From Styela clava (Eukaryota), in contig NC_135260.1 in assembly GCF_964204865.1 (NCBI RefSeq), positions 6,758,001 through 6,822,000 of the forward strand: a DNA stretch of 64,000 nt, given 5' to 3'. Of this stretch, positions 24,957 through 39,341 are shown in pieces. The notes beneath the pieces were generated by a model. The model made no database searches. It worked only from the letters and a program-made list of their open reading frames with translations, and had not been told where the DNA came from. A program made the position numbers and the translations under genes. The number at the start of each line of letters is the position of its first letter. Within the stretch, counting starts at the first letter, position 1.

Positions 24957-25536
24957 CCCATGTCCCTTTATGGCCCTCGACAGACCCTTGATGTTTCCCC
25001 GAGCATCGACTTCCTTGTTCATTTCGTAACATTTGCCAATCAGCAAGATGCAAAAGGTCACGTAACAATAGACCCGTTGGCATCCACCTGGACACTCTTG
25101 TCACTCGGACAGATTTTCAGTCGTGGTTTCAAACAATACCTCGTTTTTGCGAGTTTAAATGCTATTCGTTAGTTTTTGGTCGTTATTCCGAAATTTAAGT
25201 ATGAATCAAATAAGTCAATCATCATTTTGCCTTCTTAGGAGTTGTAGTTTAATCGTAAATATATACTGTTTAATTGCAGTAATCAAAAATTCTCTAGAAA
25301 TAGCTGTGATAAAATAGGCTAAAATTTTCTACTGGTACGCAACGTTTTCTGCAAAGGATGCACTCGTACACTCGTGGCGCGTGCTTTCGGCGAAACTGTT
25401 GCTGTGTTCGTTTCTCGTGCTAGAATGAACGTCGAACATGGATTTTTCGCTAGTACAATAGTACTGTTATAGGTGCTGGGCATGTCTCAGCTTTACTGAG
25501 TCCTGTGACGATGATTCGTCTAGTGCCAAAGTGAAT

Positions 25537-26090
25537 TAGGATAGGATTTCGCCTACATATTTATCCCGGGGAGATGAAAGCCGCTAAAACGGCTTAAGCA
25601 TATGACGATCCACGACCTCTCGTTAGGTTACCAGTCCTTGTCGGGTATGCGATTAGTTGGCCAGTTATATATTTCGGTGACCGTACATTTGAACCCACGT
25701 ACATTTGAACCCATACATTTGCACCCGTGTATCCGCGAGTTAAATCTATATGAGGGTGCAGAAATCCATAGGTTAGGGTTAGTATGGGTTCAAATATTCG
25801 CAAAACAAAAAAAATTCCATAGGTGAAATAGTATGCAGGTGCAATTGTCGTGGGTTCAAATTACGGGTTCAAATGTTATAGAACCATATGTTTCAGTTGC
25901 ATGGGCTTGATGGTGGAGGAAGCGTGACCGACCAGCGGTTACGTGAAACACCCTACGGCAGTGAGGAGTGCAGGAATCCTCTCGCACATATTTGTCTCCC
26001 ACGGAATTTGAACCGGCGAACACACGCAGGGTAATCAGAGCTGCGGTGGCGAGCGTATTCCCAATGCTTGGCAGTTGACACGATGCTCGT
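25537..26090 (-). mobile_element. tRNA-SINE interrupted by a MITE (~25675-25885)
   Basis: SINE 3' part at 25537-25672 and 5' part with a B-box-like GGTTCAAAT at 25893-26090. Between them is an element with ACATTTGAACCC / GGGTTCAAATGT inverted ends and TTAGGGTTAG. Confidence 0.6.
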
Positions 26091-26414
26091 CTGTGGATCC
26101 GCGTACATAAAATCCTGTAGCAAGAGTAAAGATGGTCATTCTAAAAGATAATAAAGACTTGGTTATAGTAAAGCGTATAGTAAAGTGTGACTTTTGAATC
26201 AGATAAAATAGTAAATAGTAATCTCTATTCTTGTTATAGCATCTTTGTGATCCACGCGATCCACGAGCAGAAAGCATAGAAGAAGGAAATATAGTAAGTG
26301 GGAATCCCGACTGACCTATCCTATCCTAGATTTCCAGCCCGGACGTGCGAGAACCATTACGCAATCGATTAAACCGTCCAATCACACTTCTACAGCATAA
26401 ATATGCTACTAAAC

Positions 26415-26600
26415 TATTAACGACTGATGCCCTTTAACAGTATTGAAGTTACGGCGAAATGCTATTCTACTATTAAAAGGCAACAGTCGTCATGTGTTTA
26501 GGACTAGGTAGCATTTCGCCGTAAGTTCAATACTGTTAAAAAGCGTCAGTCGTTAAATTTTTAAATAGCATTTCACCGTAACCTCAATACTGTCAAAAAA
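26415..26600. repeat. ~45-bp inverted repeat plus a third, direct copy
   Basis: TAACGACTGATG...AACAGTATTGAAGTTACGGCGAAATGCTA pairs with TAGCATTTCGCCGTAAGTTCAATACTGTT...CAGTCGTTA. Confidence 0.7.
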
Positions 26601-26794
26601 CGCAACCAGGATGTGGTTACCAGTTACACATAACTTTGCCATATCACATATAGGATATACTGCCAAATTTAGACACACGAATGTTTCATGCCATACGCGT
26701 TTATTGCGTACAGCAGTTGACTGTATTTACAATAGAGTAATGCTCAAATATATGGACTCGAAAACTAAAACGAAATATTTTACCAACAATGTAC

Positions 26795-27110
26795 CTTTCC
26801 CCGAGCATCGACTTCCTTGTTTACTTCGTGACATTGGCCAATCAGCAAGATGCAAAAAATGACGTAACAATGCTCCCTTTTCGCATCCGCTCAGACACTT
26901 CTCTCAGACAGATTTTCAAGCGTGATCGTAAACATTACCTCGTTTTTGAACTCTATTCGTTAGTTTTCAGTTGTGTTTCGGAAACGTAAATGTAAGTCAG
27001 ATAATTCAATGATCACTCTGTCTTTCTAGGAGTTTTAATTTATTTGCAGTAATAAAAATTAGTGTAAAAATAGCTGTTATGGACTAGGCTAAAATTCTTT
27101 ACCGGTACTT
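26795..27110 (+). repeat. Interspersed repeat homologous to 24995-25340 and 41497-41715
   Basis: Shared CCCCGAGCATCGACTTCCTTGTT...GCCAATCAGCAAGATGCAAAA... Confidence 0.7.
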
Positions 27111-28399
27111 TTAAAAAACAAATTATTGTATGCCATGAATCATAATGATGGTTTGAAACACATACCCCATTTTACAGACGCCAACTCGCAAAAGTACTCT
27201 TAAAATAGCCCGGAAAATTTTGCAATGGTAAAGTATGGGAAGAAAGTCATATCCTGAACAAATATGGCGCTGTGAAACAGCAACTTGTGATACGGTAACT
27301 CACCAGTATCTGTCCTAGATTTTCCAAGTTCTGTGACGATGGTTAAACGTGAATTGAAATACCAAATGATCCGAGTCACTACTGTAATATCAGATCCGGC
27401 TAAGCGCGAGATCCACTTGCGTTCGCGACCGCTCACGTCGACCGTTTGCGCTCGCAACAACAACGAATAACAAAACGATCCATAAGTCCACTTCGTGTCT
27501 AATAAAGTTATCTCAAGCAGAAACAAAAATTGATCATAAAAATGACGCTTACGAGACATACATACTGGGATATTAATATGGCCGGAACAAATAAATTCGA
27601 ACAAAAAGTTACCCATAGTAAAAATGAATCAAATATTGTAACATAGTTTCTTGAAGAGCGATGCTTGGATATGAAGCGTTCCGTTTCTCAAATTTTTTTC
27701 CGTCTGTCCAAGTTTGATCTAAAGACCGAAGAATTCGCATTGGGGTGCAAAGGTATTGTTGGATACCTCAAAATCAGATTTCCTACCCTTCATTATACAA
27801 ATTATATAGATCGCATATAAATGCACATTTCTGGACTAATAAAACAACGAGTCCCTCTGGAATAAATTTTCAATAGAAGGCCCTTACAAGTTATATGTAT
27901 CTTTTTGATCGATTTTTGTTTTCTGTATACACATGAATGTAAGACGAAAGACAAACAAAATAGTACTTCGGAGATTTTTTAACGCGTTCTGCTATCTTAC
28001 TTTGAAAAGTATTCACGTCGTCAATATTTATCAACTGACTGTGAATTGAAAATAATATCTTTCTCACAAACCACTGGATTGTAAAAGGAAGAAAGACTTG
28101 TATATTATTCGAAAATCTGATGTTTACTTTTTATGATTCAAGTGTTGTAGACCGGTTGTAATTTTGTTGACAGAGAACTTATCTGTAAATTCATCATTTG
28201 TAGATAGAAAACTCGTCACGATATCAGATTTTATTGAAATTGGCAGATAGTCAAAATTAAAAAAAAAGAAACAGAACAGGTTATCATAAGCCCGTGACAC
28301 CAAAATTCCAAACGATCTAAAAAAATATGATAGACAAGAGAGAAATTAAACCTAAAGGACAAATTTGAACATGCCTGTTTCATTCATCATTATAAAATA

Positions 28400-28572
28400 A
28401 TTGCTGGACTCCTCGCCGTCGTAGGGTGAAGTACATGCTTCCGAAAACAAATAAATAACTAATCCCATACCCGACATGAACTGGTAACAAGACAAGAGGC
28501 CGTGGTTCGCCACATGATTAGGCCGTGCTATCGATTTTCTTCTTTCAGGGGATAAATATAAAAATCCCATTC
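28400..28572 (+). mobile_element. SINE copy
   Basis: Family body and tail as at 14716-14858 and 46737-46962. Confidence 0.6.
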
Positions 28573-29673
28573 TATATAGCCGTATTAATTATAGTCCGGA
28601 CACAGCGATTCAGTAACTTTATATTATGTATATACCCATCATATTGATAAATTTACGGGTCAAGTCATTTTTATTTGGACAAATCGAATTTATATATATT
28701 TGAAGAAAAATAGTTTATTCAGTACAGAGAAAAATCAGAAGGAGCATAGCTGATATAGCCATTTTTTTTGAAAACATCGGCATTTTTTTGTAATGCTACA
28801 ACCTTTTAATCAATTCTTAAAATCTGGTACACCCCGCCCTTCCTACAGTTTTAATACGTAAAAAACTCAATATTTAGAAGTCATATATATATATATATAT
28901 ATGTTTACGTTGGCGCAATAGTTTATTATTTAGTTAATGGGACCGTTGCTATTGGATTCCATCGGCCAATGGTTATTTTTGGGGATTTAATTTCAATGAG
29001 TGCAGACAACACTTGTTCGGAAAGGTATGTCGTATGGCTCAATGGCTGTAGGCATTCGTACGAGAATGGCGACATCTTTTTGTGAAAGATTGCGATACTC
29101 GGGAACTTCTAATAGTGCTACCTAAAATCAGTTGTAGTTTTTATATGTTTTGAACTTTGCCTTTCGTACAGGATCTAATTTTAATTCACCAGTTATGTGT
29201 TTAAGAGCAACCTTTCCATTTGTGAATGACTGAACGACCCATATTAGAAAACTAAGATTCTGATATTCAACATCCGAAAAAAAAAAATAGGCTCCGAAGT
29301 TGTTTAGTAGTAGCACATCGAGATGCTTACCATGTTTCCCCGAAAATAAGACAGTGTTTTATTTCAATTTACTCTCTAAAATTATCACTAGTACTTATTT
29401 TGGGGGATGCCTTTTATTTTCATTTGTCAAAAACAAAATTACAAAGTATAAAATTACGAGATTTTTAAATATACTTACTCGTTTTTCATTTAAAATAACT
29501 GCTAAATATAGATTATAATCTTTTGAAACGTGTATATGTCTTGCTATCGAATAGGTCAAAAAAAAGTTTGTGCTATCGACTAAGCCTAGGTCTTATTTTA
29601 AGGAGAGGGCCTATATTGAAATCATTTTACAAATCCAGGCTAGGTCTTATTTTCGGGGAAACACGGTGTGTAC

Positions 29674-30135
29674 CAGTGGCGTAGCATCCACCCCCGCGGT
29701 CGCGGGAGGGCCCGCAGCGCAAAGGGGCCCAAGCGGTTAGAATTTAGGAATTTGAGCCGCAAAACCAAACGCTGCATTGCAAAACCAGTAATGCACATCT
29801 TTTAACGCTGATGTTAGTTCTGCTCAAATCGTTTTGTTACGTAACAATGCCAGATAGTTGTGGATTTTCGACGTTTTGTGGTTTGATCGCACCGGCAAAA
29901 TTACGAAAGCTGTCAGAATGATGTCAAAAGCAAAACCTCTCAGTGGCGCACAGAGACGCAGAAAAAGGGCATAAGAGGAAGCTCGTACGAAAAAATTAAA
30001 GTAATCAAGATAAACGGCAAATTTTAGGTTACCATTGTCTTTTAATAGCGACATGTTATGCTTTTTGACAAAAAAAAGCGTTGTTTTAGCTTATGTCCGA
30101 GAGTTTTTAGGGTCACTTCCACGAAATATTTTTGC
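29674..30135 (+). mobile_element. Truncated hAT transposon 5' end with a dead transposase N-terminus (unit B only)
   Basis: Starts CAGTGGCGTAGC with GC-rich GGGCCC subtermini; MSKAKPLSGAQRRRKRA* at ~29921 resembles SGAQKRK-type hAT N-termini. Confidence 0.6.
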
Positions 30136-31488
30136 GTTCATTCAAAATCGGAAAAACACATTTTCCTGCATATTTTCCTGGTACATTATCCTGCCACAAT
30201 TACATTTTAAAAGAATCAATCTTGCTACTAGCTTCAAAAATATCACATCCTTTCTCCTAGATAATTTTAACTGATTAGTGATTTTAAATATGGTTGTTAG
30301 ATGAGACAATTTTGCAAGGCGAAAGATTTCTTTAAAAAACTAGCAGCCACCGAAAGTTTTTCCTGGGTTAGAAGCATATCGTGTGATAGTGTTACTTATA
30401 CAACTCTTTGGTAAAATTGTCTTGTATTGAAACGCTTGGTCACTGTGAATAAAATGTTGATCCCATTTGTTAGCGCAGAATTGTCGAATTTGAAAATTGA
30501 CTTTGTTGTGTGATTGGGATAATCTTTTTTCCACATCAACTTTCGCCGCTGATACCTTTGCTATTTGCCAACATGTCGGCACCCGTGTACTGTACTATGT
30601 ACTCGTATGTATCACAGTATTGACGCGAATATATTTTGCAATGTTCTAAATATAGATGTTCTGAACGACCTTTTTACAAAACAATATCAACGGCTTCAAA
30701 AAACGTTGATCATTTGAATAACCAGAAAAAATGTCAGATACATTTTAGTTCGTTGTCCATTAATATTTGAGTTGTGATTAAAGTAAATAATATCTCAATA
30801 AACTTAAGAAGACAGCGAATAATGTTTGGCGGAGCATTTTGCTATCTGTTCCGTTCTGTTGTATCGAAACGTTTGTCAAAGAAGTCATTAACATTGTGTG
30901 TTTATGTGGGACTTTCTAAACAACCTCTACTCAATGAGAAATATACTTCGATTCCCCTTTTTAAAATTCAAATATAATGAATTGCGCCATGTTTTGCTAA
31001 TATACAGAAGGCGTTCACGAGATATGGCGTAATCTTCAGACAAAGGCGTAAAGAATGTCACGCGATACGCCTGAATGTTGACGAACAATGATAACAGACC
31101 ATGTCTGGTTTCACTAGAATGTTGGTGTTTTTGAATCCCAAACAGAGATAAATAATTTCAGACATTCTAACCTTATTTAAATGTAATTTAGCAACCTATT
31201 GTCCTCTATGCGCAGTGAGATTTCTTGTCACATAAACCGTACAAATTTGATTGTCTACTTTTATCTTCGAAGATAGAAATTCTGTATAGGGAGTCGACTC
31301 ATTTATTACTGCGCATATTATGAATTGAACCCAAAAACTTCCCCTGGTAGTTTCACAAGGTATTCGAAATCACGATATACCTGATCGAACTCGACGTGGT
31401 TATAGTGGCAACTATATTAGAGGACGTTTCGAGCCACGGTGTTCTATTTCTTGGTATCTTCTGAGAAAGCTATATACGTGAAATGATA

Positions 31489-34400
31489 ATGTCAGTAAAA
31501 CTAATATTGGTGCTGTGTGGCGTCGCTACTGCAGTTCAGGATTTGCCAAGTAAGTGAAAGTTTGAACAAGTTTGAAATAAACGAGACACAAACATTCTTT
31601 CAGAGCGGTGGTTTCAACTTTTTTTGGTGGAGTGGAATGCCTATGAAACATCCCATAAGTCCGAGGAAACCTGTACAATTAATTATCAGTAAATTTGATT
31701 TTATTCGTTATTTATTGAATGAAAACCACTGCTTTATGGTATATTATTGGAAGTTTGTTGAAGCATTCTAGGAACACATCGCCGGATGAGACCAGAAGGG
31801 GCCTAAGTCACATTTTTGGAAAATTGACTTTTTTCAATATTTTGGGGGTTTGAGCCATGCTCTACAAGGTGGTGGTCTTGAAATCCTGAATTTCTCAATA
31901 ATAAAAATTTTAGCTGGACTTAGGACTAAAATATTTAAGAACAGAATGGGCCTAAGTCCAGCTTAAATTTTTATTATTGAGAAATTCAGGATTTCAAGAC
32001 CACAACCTTGTAGAGCATGGATCAAAACCCCAAAATAGTGTAAAAAGATAGTCCTATGTTCCAATATGATGGGCATGAACATCAGAAATGAAATGTCCGA
32101 AACTTACATCCCTGAAAATTTGTTCAGTGCAACTTAGGCCTAAGTCACCTTGTTTTACCTTGCATCCCATACAAAAAATTTCAGAAGTTGTTGAGAACAG
32201 AATGGGCCAAAATCCCTTATGGGGGTAAAAAAGCAGGAAATAATTGAAGCTGAAGTGCCAAAAAATATTGATTATTGAAAATATTCTCATCCACATTAAA
32301 ATAACCAGAGCTCAGGACTTTACTAATTGTGAATATCTGGGAATTCAAAAATAAAAAATTGTTTTTTGCGTTTTTCTCAAAACTCAAAATTGTGACTTAG
32401 GCCTATTCCGTTCTCATCCGGCGACATGTATTACCTAAAAATAGCTATTGATGTTTTCTTATTGAATATAAATTAATATTTTAATGATAAGGTCTTGGAG
32501 TTTTGTTTTGAGAGTGAAATATTTGAGTATATATATGATTTGTAAGAGATTCGGAATTACGCATCAATATTTTGTATTTTATGAATGAATATAAATTTTT
32601 AAGAATTGACGGCGGCGAAAACTCAACGTAATTCATCGTGCGCCAACTTCTGTTACAGGAAGTTAACAGATTATCAAAATGCTTCCCATGCTTCCGAAAA
32701 ATAAAATAACTTATACCATACCCGACATGGACTGGTAACCGGACGAGAGGCCGTGGTTCGCCATATGGTTAAGCCGTATTATCGGCTTCCCTTTCCCACC
32801 GGAATAAATATGTAAATCTTATCCTGTCTTAATTTTTAGAATTACAATGTACACTACAAGGCGAACGATGTGTTTTACCCTTTATGCATCAAGGAATTCA
32901 ATACATGCACTGTGCTATCTCCGACAGAGTACTGTGGTGTCCATCACGCGCAAAACCAGAAGGGAAATATGAACTGGATATTTGCACCTTTTGTGAAGGT
33001 GAGAAAGAGTAAATATCCTACTCTACTTTAAAAACAAGTATTTGCTTTGAAATCATTTCAAAACGTCGTCTATGGCGAATAAAATAGCCAAGGGCGTAAC
33101 GTTAAAAAAATGGCACTCCAGAAATGTGTGTACCAATATGAAGGTAACTCATTTTATTCGCCTACTTTACATCAAGTTGTATAAAGGAACTGAAACCAAT
33201 GGATATGGGGTATATTCACTTGGCTAACACAGACAGTCCCTGAACTCGAGATAGAACTAAAATAGGGAAAGTCGGAATAAAATTACGGCCTAACCCTAAC
33301 CTGGTGCGGGAGTACCAAAGAATTGACCGGCATTTTACAAGTATCACAGACTCAACATCTGAAACCTTCCGATAAACAACTCACGTCCATTTCCATACTC
33401 GAGATGTCACACATTGGCAGCACCCAATAGTCCCTTCCTAGAATAGTTGTATGTAAACATGTCTATAGCAGAGATATGTGGGTGAATATATAACCATTCT
33501 TTATCTTTATTACTCATACTGAACGTGTTTTAAAGTATATATAATTAATTTCCAACCTATTTTATGGCAACCTTTTCTGGAGCATTAAACACAGAGGCAT
33601 TTTTTGATGATAGAATTCGTTAGTTTGAATTTTGTTTCAGCGCCATCTGTCTGCTATATAAGGGCAGATGAATTCCCTCTGCATTCGTGGAAACTAGACT
33701 GCCCGGGAGGATGTTTTAACATATCGAAGCGAATGTGGAGTTCGACAAACGATAATGATATTGTCAGATACTCCGTGGATTCCTTTGTTTGTGCAGCTGC
33801 CATTAGAGAAAGAAAAATTAACGGTAAAGTGATTTCCCTTTTCATAATCAACGTCTTACTTTATGCTTTTCCCCTCACCTCCTTCGTTTTTTTTTGATAG
33901 GAAGACAGAGCTTCATATTTTTTAGATATTTCAAAATATCTCTCTATATATATATATGACAGGTGCGATTGGCGGCACAGTTCTTATTAAGAAGTCGAGT
34001 CAGAAGCTGGAGAAAGTCGTGGACGACAACGAAAAATCATGGCTGAAGCTCGAAGACAAACTGGCGCCTCTTTTTTCTTTTGCAGGTATATTTTCAATCT
34101 ATCGAGTTTGTATTTTGCTCAAAGTAAATTATAATGTTTGACACCTACAACCTGCAAAATATTTTACAAATTTGTCGTTGTTCCTACAGGCTTATACAGG
34201 AGACATATTTTTACGTACCATCCCATGGAAATTATTGCTTGTTTCACGTCACCCGTGGGGATGGAAATCCTGTGGCCAGCCATTGATCTGTATGCATTCC
34301 TCATTACAATTATCTGTCCCCTTTACCCACTGGGTTCGAATGGTACGAACAAAAGTATAAAATGCTTTTTATTCCAGACCCTGGAAAACAAATGCCGATA

Positions 34401-37400
34401 CCACGACTTCTGTTTTCAAATCAAAAAGACGTCAGAGTTGTGAGCAAAGGAAGGTGAGTAATTTTTAGTTTATTCTTCCGCATGTTGAGAAATGGTCCAT
34501 TCAAACATGACGTCATACTTTCCATAAATCCGGGAACCCGCGAGTAGCGGCGCTGAATCGAATTACAATTGTTCTGATATAGTATAGTCTGCCATTTGAT
34601 ATCTTTCAATTTTATATCTGTTTGCTTTTGATTTGTTTTCGCCAGCCTGCTTTCGACTGTGGATAGCACACCCTATTTTTCGAAGGTTATACTGAACTGT
34701 TGTTTACTTTCCAATATACTATAGAGAGGTGATCGCCGAGGAAGAAGTTTTAAATTCTTCTCTTAAATTCGCTTGTTGAAGTAATAAATTAAAAACTTTT
34801 TTGAAGTTGACATTTTTAACCATGTTCGATATTTTCCTAGTGTGGAAGTTCTGGTGAAAAATCAGAAGAACGTTGTAGCTATCGCTTTGGATTCAGCTAG
34901 AAATATTCTATATTGGAGCGACGTGGAGGCGATGAAAATATTCAGGTTATATATTTAAAAGCGATAGATACAAGAAATTGTGTTGTGGTAGTACATATGC
35001 ATACTGTCTGAAAGCACATAATTGATCATAAAAAGAATAAATCAGAAAAGACCTTACAGAGTTGTTGATAGAATTGATAATAATGGAAGCTCCCATAATA
35101 AAACTCGCAAATATAAGAATGGTGACAACAAATAAAAAATAAAATTTCCGCGATATTTCGCTTGATTGATTTTTGATCCTATACCAAATATTGAAATACT
35201 AATCTCATACGATATTTCTCCCATTTTTGGATCAACCGAAGAATCTCTCTCGGGACCCGCCTGGGGAGGAGATTTTTCAGCTGGACTCAACCTTTGGGTC
35301 TTAGTTGGGGTGGAGATTTTTCAGTTGATCCCGTTTCCCAACTATAGAATATCCCCCTCCCCCAACCCACAGAAGCCGATAATACCAGTTTATTCTTTAA
35401 TTTACCTGGTGAATACCAGCTGATCCTTCATTTGATCTGGACTAATTATTTGATAGGGTTAGGGGTTAGATGGTTAGTTCGGGTGGAGATTCTACAGTTT
35501 TTGAGGGAAATGCAACATTTCAAATATTCTATTAATTTCTTTTAGAGGAAATCTCACCGCACCAGAAGGCGGAAAACAAGTACAAGCAATGTCTTCCCTC
35601 ATAGTAAAGGTGAAATTACTGTTCTTTCTGTTTATGCTAGAACGTTAACTACTACTGACTCATTCAAGACATCGGCATGGTATCTTCGTTATCAACGTCT
35701 TGCAAATATATTTGGGCGAGAATATATTCCTCCACTTCAAATTAAGTGGAATTAAATCTGTTTTCATGATCTTAATGAACTGAGGCTGAGGTGCTTCAAG
35801 TCTTGGGACAATCTGTATTTACTAACGCGCAATTTCTCTTAAAATTCTTTATAGCATTAGATCATTCGGTGGTCAGCGGAACTTTGCTCAAATATCATCC
35901 AATTTGGTTGGGGATCAGTGAGCGTTTCCTTGCTTTAAGCAAACTTCTCATGGAAAATTATTTTGTGAACTCCTTCACAATCTGAGGTTGACGATAATTG
36001 CTTCATAATAACTTGAATTACATGTCACCGATAATACGAACCCGAAATAACCTAGGCTACCACCTAATTTGAAATCATGTTTGAGCCTAAATTTGTCGTT
36101 ATCGCCATCAAAATAACCACTACGCACTGGTTTGCTGACTATGTCTCAGACGCTGAATTTCTTGGCCCATAATGTTGTCTTTAAATTGGTCGCATCTTTT
36201 TCTCTCTCGTTTCATTATATATCGCACTGGTTTAATTTTAGCGACCCGATGGATTGGCGTATGATTGGATCCACAAGTTGCTTTTCTGGTCGGACGCAGA
36301 TCTACATACAGTTAGTGTTTCGACTGATCTCGGAAATTATCCCAAAACATTGATTAATAGACCTGCAAGTTATGTGCCGAGAGATATCGCATTGGATCCG
36401 AAAAGGGGGTTTGTACAATTGTTGCCAGATATGAAAATGTTTAACCAATAAATGAGAGTACTCAAATTACGTTTTCAACTAAGGTAGTTGAAGTAGGCAT
36501 ACAGCCATTTTGACTATTTTCAAACGGCTTCACTTGCATTAGATTCTTGAGTAAATCGCCACACATTTTTATTCACGCATATGGCATTGATATGTACCAA
36601 CAGCTCATTGTAAATTTGCGTTAGTACATTTGCGTATTGACTATTATAGTATATATATATATAACTGAAGAATATACCGTTTGCCAATTATCATATCTCA
36701 TTCGTGTATATATATAGTTTATTCGTGCATTAGAATTACGTGAAACTGTTTCTTTAGTTAACATTACTTGTGATTTGTGACTGCCGATTAACTTGAGTGG
36801 ACTAATGACAGAATCACAACATCACTAACTAAGATCAGAATTATATAAGCTAATTTTCACATTAGAGTAGGCATTTGCGGAGGCTTTGAACCCTTTTTTG
36901 ACTTTGACCAAGTCTCTGGCGTCCGTAACACAAATTCGTAATATAGAGCATTCTAGTATTTATCCATTCACTTGCTTTGGACAAATGGTCAGAACGTACA
37001 CACGAAAAATCCAACTATAGAATCGACGCGGAAGAATATATAGTGAGGTTGCAGTTTAGGAATGAATTATTTTTCAGGTACATGTACGTTACCGACTGGG
37101 GGGACAATGCTAAGATAGAGAAATGTCATATGAGTGGAATGGATACCTGTCTCACTGTTGTCGGTCATGATATAAAATGGCCGAACGGAATTGCTTTAGG
37201 TATGATGGAAAGTTGGATACTTCCAAAGTATGTGAAGTAAACCAAGATGGCAAGGACTGGAACTTAGTATGTGTACCAGGTTAGGGTTAGTCCATAACTT
37301 CAGGTACAAATACTACGGGAGTCACTTGGCTAGTCTCCGAACTCGTATAATAGAACTGAAATAAGGAAAACTGGAATAAAATAATGGCCTAACCCTAACC

Positions 37401-39341
37401 TGGTACACATACTACATTCCGGTGTCCGCCATCTTGGTTCACATACTTCGGGAGTACCAAATAAATGTTGTTAACCACATATTTCCAGTTTGAATAACTT
37501 TATAAATATTTCATTCCTAGATATAGAAAATGATTTGATATACTGGGTTGATGCTCATATGAATTCCATATCAGTCGCAACATCAGATGGAGACTTCAGA
37601 CGTGAACTTGTCGCATCAAAGCATGTTGTAAAACATCCATATTCTGTGATGCTCCATGGTAATAGATGTAAGTACTTGCAATTCAAATTAAATATAAAAA
37701 TAGACATATTCTGTTAAAAGGGATTGGTCAGGAAAAAGCGAGGAAAAGCGAGGGCTGACCAACAATTCAAGCAGCGAAGTATTGACTTATTTTTAGAAAA
37801 CAAAGCTCAATTTATTTTTATTTTTCTCAGTATATTGGACAGATTGGAATCGAGGCATTTTGAGCGTCGATAAAGAAACAGGAGTTGATGTTCATTTGCA
37901 TTTCATGGATTTAACAAGGCCAACTGGAATCGCGTTGTATGACGCTGAGTTGCAACATAGTTGTAAGTCAAAATGTCATGTTCATGATATTTAGCGGGAG
38001 TGAACATGATTTAATTATTATCTTGCCACATCTCAAGACTTGCATCCAAAACATTATCTCCCTAAAACTAATCCGCAGACAGTTTCGATGCCCCACAAGT
38101 ATCTTGCTAATGAGTTTATTTATTTTCTTACTTTACGATACTTCCATTTCATCTATTGCATTTATATCCCAGTGTTTAGGTATGAATTCGAATGCCGTTA
38201 TATATCAGTGAGCATCGCGGTAGAGCCCGATATGCCGGTTATGGTGTTTATACTGCAGACTGACTTTTTGGTTTTTATCTTATTGTTTAAATTTCAATCC
38301 GAAATAATTTTCTACTCACTCCAGCTTCCTTTATTACTAATAATCGTATTTATTTTTTGCGTTGTGCATACAAATATTATTTTCCTTATAACTAGGCGAT
38401 ACCATATATATCTGAAGCTAAAACCAGGACAGCGCAGATTTGGCAAGCCAACGTTGGTTTGATTCCGAGGCTTGGTGACAATTTAACATTTTTCAAACTA
38501 TTCTGGGTAGATTATAGACATCAAAATTAGCTGTAAAAACTTTCGACATTTTAATGATTCGACGACGGTGCAGTTGGGTGTTAAATTGACGTATACTTCG
38601 GTTCATACTTCATATCAAAACTATGATATAACAATTTATCTCGCTCTATCGGAACTGGTAAAGCGAGGTGCGAATCAGTGATTAATCGACTGCCTCTGTT
38701 AAAAAGATGTATTAATATCAAATAAAGAAATATGTTTCGGCTAAACGGGGGCGTATGGCAAGCGTATTTATAACAGTAGTAATTAATTTAGATTTGAACC
38801 ATTGTGAAAGATCGCCATGCAAGTACCTGTGTCTCCCAACGCCTATTGGATTTGAATGTGCATGTCCTGATGGATATGAACCTATATCTAGGGATGAATC
38901 TGATTGCAAAGTAAAACCGTCACTCGTGGATGAGATCAATGTAAGTTGTTTAAATATGATTTTGACAATCCGAAATGTTTCACAATTTGAGAATATTGTA
39001 GACTCATAGACCTTGTCGCCAAATTGCAAATTGAATAACTTAATTTAGCAGGTGCTTGAAAACGTTATCGAGACAACTGAATTCACCTACGACGTGAAAT
39101 CGGAGTTTGATGAGGAGAAACAGGTGAAAATCTCATATGATCAACTGCGATAAATTTACCCTGATATAAACTCAGCTCAATATGAGAGAACCTTAATGAT
39201 ATTTGTGATATAGACGAGACACCCAGATAGTTACATCTGCAGCCTATATCAATATTCAGGTATTACATGTATAGTTTGAAATTGCCTCATATTAATTTTC
39301 AGAGAGATAAGAAAGGAAGAGCGGCCTACGAAGATTTGTAA
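31489..39341 (+). CDS. FN2-LCCL-YWTD-EGF protein, copy B, ~532 aa
   Basis: Exons 31489-31549, 32840-32998, 33641-33823, 33963-34085, 34378-34453, 34841-34945, 35546-35609, 36242-36408, 37078-37199, 37521-37667, 37831-37962, 38792-38940, 39052-39123 and 39303-39341. Exon lengths are identical to copy A, the frame is open, and it ends AAYEDL*. Confidence 0.85.

Larger units (their letters stand above)
10655..25449 (+). repeat. Tandem segmental duplication, unit A
   Basis: 10655-10960 matches 25450-25770, and 11530-25449 matches 29150-41777 apart from indels. Confidence 0.9.
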
